From Candidatus Omnitrophota bacterium (GTDB lineage: Bacteria > Omnitrophota > Gorgyraeia > Duberdicusellales > 4484-171): 64,000 nucleotides of DNA. The notes under the pieces were generated by a model. That model had not been told where the DNA came from. It saw only the letters and a list, made by a program, of their open reading frames with translations, and did no database searches. The position numbers and the translations under genes are program-made. This document shows, in pieces, positions 58,253 to 64,000 of this stretch. Location: the NCBI GenBank assembly GCA_041652815.1, contig JBAZGN010000003.1, forward strand, positions 65,530 to 129,529, given 5' to 3'. How positions within the stretch are numbered: the stretch's first letter is position 1; each line of letters opens with the position of its first letter.

Positions 58253-58686
58253 TGAAACTAAAAGAAAAGATACTTACAAAATCGCTGTGGGTGTATCATT
58301 TAAGTGCAGGCTCGTGCAACAATTGCGATATAGAAATACTGGACTGCCTTACCCCGCGATTTGATATCGAACGTTTCGGAATGCAGCTGGTAGGCAGCAT
58401 TCGCCACGCAGACGTTTTACTTATAACCGGCGCGATGAATAAAAAATCGGCAAAAATCCTTAAAAGCCTCTATGAACAGGCGCCAAAACCATTGTTCGTT
58501 GCTGCTGTCGGGACTTGCCCATGCTCTCAGCATATGTTTAAAGGAAGTTACCCTATGCTTAGTGCCCTTGATGAAATAATTCCTGTTGACGTATACATTC
58601 CGGGATGTCCTCCAAAGCCCGAAGCTATAATTGCCGGAATTGCCAAGTTAATTAATAAACTTACTGCAAAAGATAAAAAAGGATAG
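58252..58686 (+). CDS. [NiFe]-hydrogenase small subunit, NuoB/HycG/EchC family
   Basis: Four proximal-cluster Cys are present (GSCNNC ... GTCPCS ... PGCPP). The start is set at 58252 (TAATG overlap with the upstream stop) rather than the 58192 of the ORF track. Confidence 0.75.
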   Translation: MKLKEKILTKSLWVYHLSAGSCNNCDIEILDCLTPRFDIERFGMQLVGSIRHADVLLITGAMNKKSAKILKSLYEQAPKPLFVAAVGTCPCSQHMFKGSYPMLSALDEIIPVDVYIPGCPPKPEAIIAGIAKLINKLTAKDKKG

Positions 58687-58688
58687 AA

Positions 58689-59123
58689 ATGATAAAAGAC
58701 GAAGTTAAAAAAATATTGGCAGCAAAGATAAAAAATTGGGAAGTAAAAAACCCTAAAAGAATATATTTTGAGGTAGATAAAAAAGATATAAAGGAAATTG
58801 CCCGTAGCCTTTACAAAGATTTTAACATGAGGCTCTCAACTATTACCGGTATAGATAACGAAAAGAATTTTGAATTAATTTTCCATTTTGGCTTAGATAA
58901 AACAGGGGAACTTTTTAATGTAAGAACTTTTATCAACGATAAGGATAACCCGGAGATAGATTCTCTTGTTGATCTATTCAAATCATCCGACTGGGTAGAA
59001 AGAGAAATTCATGAGCTTCTCGGCATAAATTTTAAAGGCCATCCCAACTTAAAACATCTATTGCTTGATGACGACTGGCCAAAAGACAGTTACCCCTTAA
59101 GGAAGGATTATAAAAATGAGTGA
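58689..59123 (+). CDS. Hydrogenase subunit of the NuoC (30 kDa) family
   Basis: 144-aa NuoC/EchD-like protein (LSTITGID, HPNLKHLLLDDDWPKD) located between the small and large subunit genes. Confidence 0.6.
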   Translation: MIKDEVKKILAAKIKNWEVKNPKRIYFEVDKKDIKEIARSLYKDFNMRLSTITGIDNEKNFELIFHFGLDKTGELFNVRTFINDKDNPEIDSLVDLFKSSDWVEREIHELLGINFKGHPNLKHLLLDDDWPKDSYPLRKDYKNE

Positions 59124-60303
59124 GAAAAAAGTAATACCTATAGGGCCGTATCATCCCTTACAGGAAGAACCAGAATTTTTCCGCCTGATAGTTGAAGGCG
59201 AACGCGTAACCGAACTTGAAATAGAAATTGGCTATAATCACCGTGGCATTGAAAAAATCGCCGAATCAAAACATTGGGACCAGGTACCGTTTGCGGTAGA
59301 GCGAATCTGTGGTATATGTTCGAGTTCTCACCCTTTTGCTTATTGCCTTGCAGTTGAAGACTTGCTCGGCATAACTGTGCCGGAACGCGCTAATTATATA
59401 AGAATGATAATCGATGAACTCCAGCGTATACATTCACACCTGCTTTGGCTGGGGCTTGCCGGACACTTTATCGGTTACAACACTGTCTGGATGTGGGCAT
59501 GGAAAGCAAGGGAACCAATTTTAGATTTATTTGAATTAATCTGCGGTAACCGCCAAAATTACGCGATGATGAAAATAGGCGGAGTAAGAAGGGATATAAA
59601 AGAAGAAACCTATTCTGTCATCAAAAAAACCATCAAAGAATTGTATCCGGTGCTTAATATGTTTAAAAAAGTAGTCAATGACGACCCGGTGATTGGCAAA
59701 CGCACAAAAGGCGTAGGTATTTTAAAAAAAGAGGAAGGCATATCTCTTGGCGTAGTTGGCCCGACAGCACGCGCAAGCGCAATTGACGTAGATGTGCGCC
59801 GTGATGATGCCTATGCGTTTTATAATAATATTAATTGGTCGGTCATTGTAAGAAACGAAGGGGATATTTACGCAAAAATTATAGTAAGAGTGCTTGAGAT
59901 GTTTGAGTCTTGCTCAATCATCGAACAATGCCTCGAAAAAATTACTAAGGGCCCGATAGAAGTTGAAGTAAGAGATATACCCGAAGGCGAAGGCATAGGA
60001 CGGGTGGAGGCCCCGCGCGGCGAATGCTTCCATTATGTTCGAAGCGACGGGACTAACCGGCCGGTAAGGCATAAAATAAGGGCGCCTTCCTTTGTGAATG
60101 TTCCAAGCAATATCGTTACTGTACCGGGCTATACTATTTCAGATGCTGCATTGACACTCGCGGCAGTTGACCCGTGTTACTGCTGCACTGAAAGATGCGC
60201 AGTGTTTACAAAGAACGGGCAAAAGGTTTTTACCGGAGACGATCTTATCAAACTATCCATAGAAAAAACCGCAAAGCTTAAAAATGAATATGGCCTTGAA
60301 TAA
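59116..60303 (+). CDS. Group 4 (energy-converting, membrane-bound) [NiFe]-hydrogenase large subunit, NuoD/HycE/EchE family
   Basis: 395 aa with the N-terminal Ni-binding motif RICGICSSSH (RxCGxCxxxH) and the C-terminal DPCYCCTER (DPCxxCxxR). Both Cys pairs are retained, unlike in complex I NuoD. Confidence 0.8.
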   Translation: MSEKKVIPIGPYHPLQEEPEFFRLIVEGERVTELEIEIGYNHRGIEKIAESKHWDQVPFAVERICGICSSSHPFAYCLAVEDLLGITVPERANYIRMIIDELQRIHSHLLWLGLAGHFIGYNTVWMWAWKAREPILDLFELICGNRQNYAMMKIGGVRRDIKEETYSVIKKTIKELYPVLNMFKKVVNDDPVIGKRTKGVGILKKEEGISLGVVGPTARASAIDVDVRRDDAYAFYNNINWSVIVRNEGDIYAKIIVRVLEMFESCSIIEQCLEKITKGPIEVEVRDIPEGEGIGRVEAPRGECFHYVRSDGTNRPVRHKIRAPSFVNVPSNIVTVPGYTISDAALTLAAVDPCYCCTERCAVFTKNGQKVFTGDDLIKLSIEKTAKLKNEYGLE

Positions 60304-61915
60304 TCTATTTATATTTGATTCTCTTTCGAAACTAGTGGGTTTTTTTGTTATATTTTTTAGCGTCCTTATGGCTATTTATTCTGCGGGATTTCTCAAAAGC
60401 AGAAGGATAACTTATTATATCTGGTTTTTCCTGACGATGATAGCTTCACTGGGAGTTGTTTTTTCGGACAACATCATACTTATTGCTGTCTTCTGGGGTT
60501 TTCTCGGTTTAAGTTTATTTAAATTAATAAATCTCTACGATGACGAAAACGCATCTAGTATAGCTAAAAAAACTTTTATTATCATCGGCGCAACCGACGG
60601 ATTCTTATTGTTTGGATTTTTACTTTATAACTTTTTGACATCTTCTATGAGCTTAACCGCGAATACACTGATTATAAACAATAATCTTTCTTTTGTTTCT
60701 TTTATTTTTATAGCGATAGCCTGTTTCGCCAAGGCAGGCTGCATGCCAATGCATACCTGGATTCCCGAAACCGCCAAATGCGCACCTTTACCTGTTGTAG
60801 CATATTTGCCGGCTTCATTGGATAAACTTTTAGGAATATATTTGCTGGTACGCATAGTAAAAAATTCCTTTTTCCTCGATACAACGGCAAAATTTACGCT
60901 TATAATCGCCGGAGCAGCTACCGTAATCTTTGCCGTTATGATGGCGCTTATTCAGCATGATATCAAAAAGCTACTAGGCTACCATGCGATAAGCCAAGTC
61001 GGTTATATGGTGCTTGGGCTAGGCTGCGCAACACCTATAGGCATTGCCGCAGGCCTATATCATATGATTAATAATGCTATATATAAATGCTGTTTGTTCT
61101 TAGGCGCGGGAAATGTAGAAAACCAAACCGGCACAACCAGGCTTCATGATTTAGGCGGTTTAGCTCGCTTTATGCCTATAACCTTTATCACATTTTTAGT
61201 AGCTGCATTTTCAATATCCGGCATTCCGCCGCTTAACGGGTTCGTTTCGAAATGGATGATCTACCAGGCGCTTAGCGAATTTATGAATTCTCTCAGCTCT
61301 TATCCTTTAAAAATAATCGTCGCCTTAGCATTGCTAAGCGCTCTCATAGGGAGCGGCCTTACGTTGGCTTCCTTCTTAAAAGTAATTTCCAGCGTATTTT
61401 TTGGAAATGCCAGAAAACGCGCGAAAGAAAGCAGTTTCCTGCTTTTGCTTCCGGTTATAATATTAGCTTTTTTATGCATTATTTTCGGAGTGTTTGCCTA
61501 TTCAACCATACTTAAAGTTATCGAAGAAGCTATAGGAAGTTTTAATATGGTGGGTTTATGGCAACCTGTAGGCGCTACAGCTTTTATGGCGCTTGGCATA
61601 ATTATCGGCCTGATTGTTTTTAAATTTTCTTCGAAAAATCTGCGCATCAGCCCGACGTATACGGGAGGAGAAGAATCAAACCCTCACGAAGAAGCAAAAA
61701 TAGAGGATTTCTATGCAACAATCAGTGATATACCATTTTTGAAGAAAATCTATGCTCTTGCCGAAGGTAAAGTATTCGATATATACGAGCAATTAAAAAA
61801 AATAGCCTTTATTTTGTCCACTTTGTTAAAAAGATTGCACAATGGAGTGCTGCCGACATACTTAATCTGGTGTCTTTTAGGCATGATGGGATTATTTTTT
61901 GTATTTTTCAAATAA
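60284..61915 (+). CDS. NuoL/MrpA/MbhH-like antiporter-type membrane subunit
   Basis: 543 aa with about 14 TM helices and a conserved Nuo L/M/N-family core (HTWIPETAKCAPLPVVAYL). Confidence 0.7.
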   Translation: MNMALNNLFIFDSLSKLVGFFVIFFSVLMAIYSAGFLKSRRITYYIWFFLTMIASLGVVFSDNIILIAVFWGFLGLSLFKLINLYDDENASSIAKKTFIIIGATDGFLLFGFLLYNFLTSSMSLTANTLIINNNLSFVSFIFIAIACFAKAGCMPMHTWIPETAKCAPLPVVAYLPASLDKLLGIYLLVRIVKNSFFLDTTAKFTLIIAGAATVIFAVMMALIQHDIKKLLGYHAISQVGYMVLGLGCATPIGIAAGLYHMINNAIYKCCLFLGAGNVENQTGTTRLHDLGGLARFMPITFITFLVAAFSISGIPPLNGFVSKWMIYQALSEFMNSLSSYPLKIIVALALLSALIGSGLTLASFLKVISSVFFGNARKRAKESSFLLLLPVIILAFLCIIFGVFAYSTILKVIEEAIGSFNMVGLWQPVGATAFMALGIIIGLIVFKFSSKNLRISPTYTGGEESNPHEEAKIEDFYATISDIPFLKKIYALAEGKVFDIYEQLKKIAFILSTLLKRLHNGVLPTYLIWCLLGMMGLFFVFFK

Positions 61916-62456
61916 TATGATTGAAATAAATTTACTCTTAATATTTATAATTATTGCGGCTATAGCTGCAGTTAAAATGAAAGACCTGCTTGGTTCGGTT
62001 GTAGCAGTGGGTGTAGCCGGGTTTGGTTTAGTAGTTAGCTTTTTATCCCTTAAAGCACCTGACTTGGCAATTACGCAGCTTGTAGTTGAAATTTTATGCC
62101 TGATTATACTTATCCGTGCAACCATAAAAGTAGACCTTCCTTTTTCCACATCCGGCAGATGGTTAGTAAACACGACAGCCGCTATAGCATTTCTTGTTAT
62201 GTTTCTCATCTATGGCTATAAAGCTATTTTGAACTTGCCGTATTTTGGAAACCCTACGATGACAACATCGGTTTTCTATTTTAATAAAACTATGGAAAGT
62301 GTCCATGCAACTAATGTCGTATCGGCAATAAACCTGAATTTCCGCGCCTACGATACATTAGGCGAAGCCACGGTATTATTTGCCGCAGCTGTAGGGATTA
62401 TGGTAATAATGCGCAAAAAAGGCAGACTCACTAACGAAAACAAAAATGATGAATAA
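61899..62456 (+). CDS. Mrp/Mbh antiporter-module small subunit (DUF4040 plus MnhB-related, MbhD/E-like)
   Basis: 185 aa. The C-terminal part has the MnhB-related motif NLNFRAYDTLGEATVLFAAAVGI. Confidence 0.5.
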   Translation: MYFSNNMIEINLLLIFIIIAAIAAVKMKDLLGSVVAVGVAGFGLVVSFLSLKAPDLAITQLVVEILCLIILIRATIKVDLPFSTSGRWLVNTTAAIAFLVMFLIYGYKAILNLPYFGNPTMTTSVFYFNKTMESVHATNVVSAINLNFRAYDTLGEATVLFAAAVGIMVIMRKKGRLTNENKNDE

Positions 62457-62916
62457 AAATAACGGAATGAGCCTGATAGTTAAGACAGTAACGCGCCTGC
62501 TTGTAGGTTTTATACTGCTTTACGGAATCTACATAGTTTTACACGGGCATATTTCCCCGGGCGGAGGCTTTGCCGGCGGTTTTATTATAGCTTTATCGTA
62601 CATTCTTTTCATGCTCGCTTTCGGCAAAGAAGAGATACTGAAAAGAATACCTCAACCAATGATATCGTTTTTGGAAAGCCTTGGAGCGCTTTTATTTCTC
62701 GTAATCGCTGTGTTTGGATTTTTTGGCGGATATTTCTTCGCAAACTGGCTGCCTAAGGGGGCGCCCTTTAAGCTGCTTTCTGCCGGCACTATTCCTATTT
62801 CAAATATTGCGCTTGCTTTACTTGAAGTTTCTCTTGGGTTATTTGGAATATTTTTAGTATTGGTATTATTAAAATTTACACCTCTTAAAGAGGGGAAAAT
62901 AAAGGACAATAAATAA
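62446..62916 (+). CDS. Mrp/Mbh antiporter-module subunit, MnhB-like
   Basis: 156 aa with the MnhB signature motif HGHISPGGGFAGGF. Confidence 0.55.
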   Translation: MMNKNNGMSLIVKTVTRLLVGFILLYGIYIVLHGHISPGGGFAGGFIIALSYILFMLAFGKEEILKRIPQPMISFLESLGALLFLVIAVFGFFGGYFFANWLPKGAPFKLLSAGTIPISNIALALLEVSLGLFGIFLVLVLLKFTPLKEGKIKDNK

Positions 62917-62917
62917 C

Positions 62918-63256
62918 ATGCTTACTTACTTTTTATGCTTAGTACTGTTTTGCGTAGGGCTATATGCGATTTTACGTAAGCGTAACATCATAAAGATAAT
63001 AATCGGTATAGTAATCTGCGAGTATGCGATTAATCTTTTCCTTATCCTTTTCGGCTACAAAATGAACGGCCGTTCCCCTTTATATTCACCAGACCAGGAA
63101 ATTGTTAGTATGGTTGACCCGCTTCCGCAGGCACTGGCAATGACGGCTATAGTTATCAGCTTGGCGACAACGGCGCTCTTGGTGGCTATTGCAATAAGAA
63201 TATACGAAAAATACGGGACTTTCGATATTACAAAAATAAATAAACTGAAAGGTTAA
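62918..63256 (+). CDS. Mrp/Mbh antiporter-module subunit, MnhC/NuoK-like
   Basis: 112 aa with 3 TM helices, positioned between the MnhB-like and MnhD-like genes. Confidence 0.5.
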   Translation: MLTYFLCLVLFCVGLYAILRKRNIIKIIIGIVICEYAINLFLILFGYKMNGRSPLYSPDQEIVSMVDPLPQALAMTAIVISLATTALLVAIAIRIYEKYGTFDITKINKLKG

Positions 63257-63257
63257 A

Positions 63258-64000
63258 ATGCAATTTATTCCCTTATTCATTATTTTGCCTCTTGGCGCTG
63301 CCTTCCTTATTTCGCTTGCCGGAAAAAATAAGACAAAGTTTTGCGATGTTTTTTCGGTTATCATTACTTTTGCTCTTTTTATTCTTTCGCTGTTTTTTGT
63401 TTTTAAAGCAAAAATGTGCGCTACTGCGCTAATTTATAAAGTTGGAGGTTGGGGATTACCGGGCGGAATTATTCTGGTACTGGATGGCTTAAGCATTTTC
63501 ATGCTTACGATAATAAACTTTATTGCTTTTATAATTAATATTTTTTCTATTAATTACATGAAAAGGTTCAGCGCAAAACATAGATTCTACACTCTTTTCA
63601 TGCTTATGATCGCAGGTATGAATGGGGTGGCTATGACCGGTGATATTTTTAATCTTTTTGTCTTTTATGAGATAGCTTCGATAGCAAGCTACGCGCTGGT
63701 AGCATTTGGCACAGAAAAAGAAGAGCTTGAAGCTTCCTTAAAGTATACAATCATAGGTGTTGTTGGCTCTTTATTCATACTTCTCGGCATAGCTTTCCTG
63801 TATGCTTATACCTCTACGCTGAATATGGCAGAAATCGCATCTCGCTTAGCGCAAAACGGCATAAATTCCGCTGTTATTTTCGTAAGTATTTTGTTTATCG
63901 CGGGTTTCGGCATCAAATCCGCAATAGTACCTTTTCATGCCTGGCTACCGGATGCTCATCCTGCTGCTCCTGCACCTATTTCAGCAATGCTTTCGGGAAT
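63258..64000 (+). CDS. MnhD/NuoM/NuoN-like antiporter membrane subunit (5' part only; continues beyond the window)
   Basis: The ORF starts at ATG 63258 and stays open to the end of the window. It is polytopic with the NuoN/MrpD-type core AWLPDAHPAAPAPISAMLSG. Confidence 0.6.
   Translation, partial: MQFIPLFIILPLGAAFLISLAGKNKTKFCDVFSVIITFALFILSLFFVFKAKMCATALIYKVGGWGLPGGIILVLDGLSIFMLTIINFIAFIINIFSINYMKRFSAKHRFYTLFMLMIAGMNGVAMTGDIFNLFVFYEIASIASYALVAFGTEKEELEASLKYTIIGVVGSLFILLGIAFLYAYTSTLNMAEIASRLAQNGINSAVIFVSILFIAGFGIKSAIVPFHAWLPDAHPAAPAPISAMLSG

Overview
The window is 64 kb of a low-GC, apparently Gram-negative (LPS-producing) and anaerobic bacterial chromosome. Almost all of it is coding, mostly on the + strand. 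In order, it contains:
- Glycolysis and branched-chain amino-acid genes: pfkA 3' end, a class II aldolase and ilvD.
- A cell-shape operon (mreB-mreC-mreD-mrdA-rodA) followed by a radical-SAM/DUF2344 pair.
- A minus-strand polyamine operon (nspC, carboxynorspermidine dehydrogenase, AdoMetDC-like), then tRNA-Thr(CGU) and an MFS transporter.
- An Rnf complex with the unusual gene order rnfC-G-D-E-A-B, then purN.
- A minus-strand operon made of a tandemly duplicated FtsH (two AAA+ and two M41 protease modules in a single 1021-aa protein) and a lipoprotein, followed by purU.
- A sugar ABC transporter together with a clan GH-A glycoside-hydrolase locus.
- A PagL-like outer-membrane protein behind a consensus promoter and a GC-rich structured leader, then a GNAT and an acyl-CoA dehydrogenase.
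- The aroK-dprA-topA-xerC block.
- An LPS core cluster (waaA, lpxK, an LpxL-ELM1-like fusion, a GT4-GT9 fusion, a GT4, a CE4 and three GT9 heptosyltransferases).
- A REC-GGDEF(GGDDF)-MshEN-like c-di-GMP protein.
- A group-4 membrane-bound [NiFe]-hydrogenase cluster (AsrA/AsrB-like module, ferredoxin, NuoH/B/C/D/L-like subunits, Mrp antiporter subunits) preceded by a perfect TTGTGA-N6-TCACAA CRP/FNR-type operator.

The intergenic regions share a recurring design: inverted arrays of 7-11 bp sub-repeats around a palindrome. Two related dispersed ACAGA-heptad repeat copies are present (E1 and E2); a third copy (E3) is more diverged and less certain.

The most novel-looking items are the tandem FtsH, the AsrAB-like plus Mbh-like hydrogenase cluster with its CRP-type site, the GUUACG-repeat leader in the polyamine operon, and the GC-rich leader RNA. 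All calls are made by eye from the sequence and the ORF track, with no database searches run.
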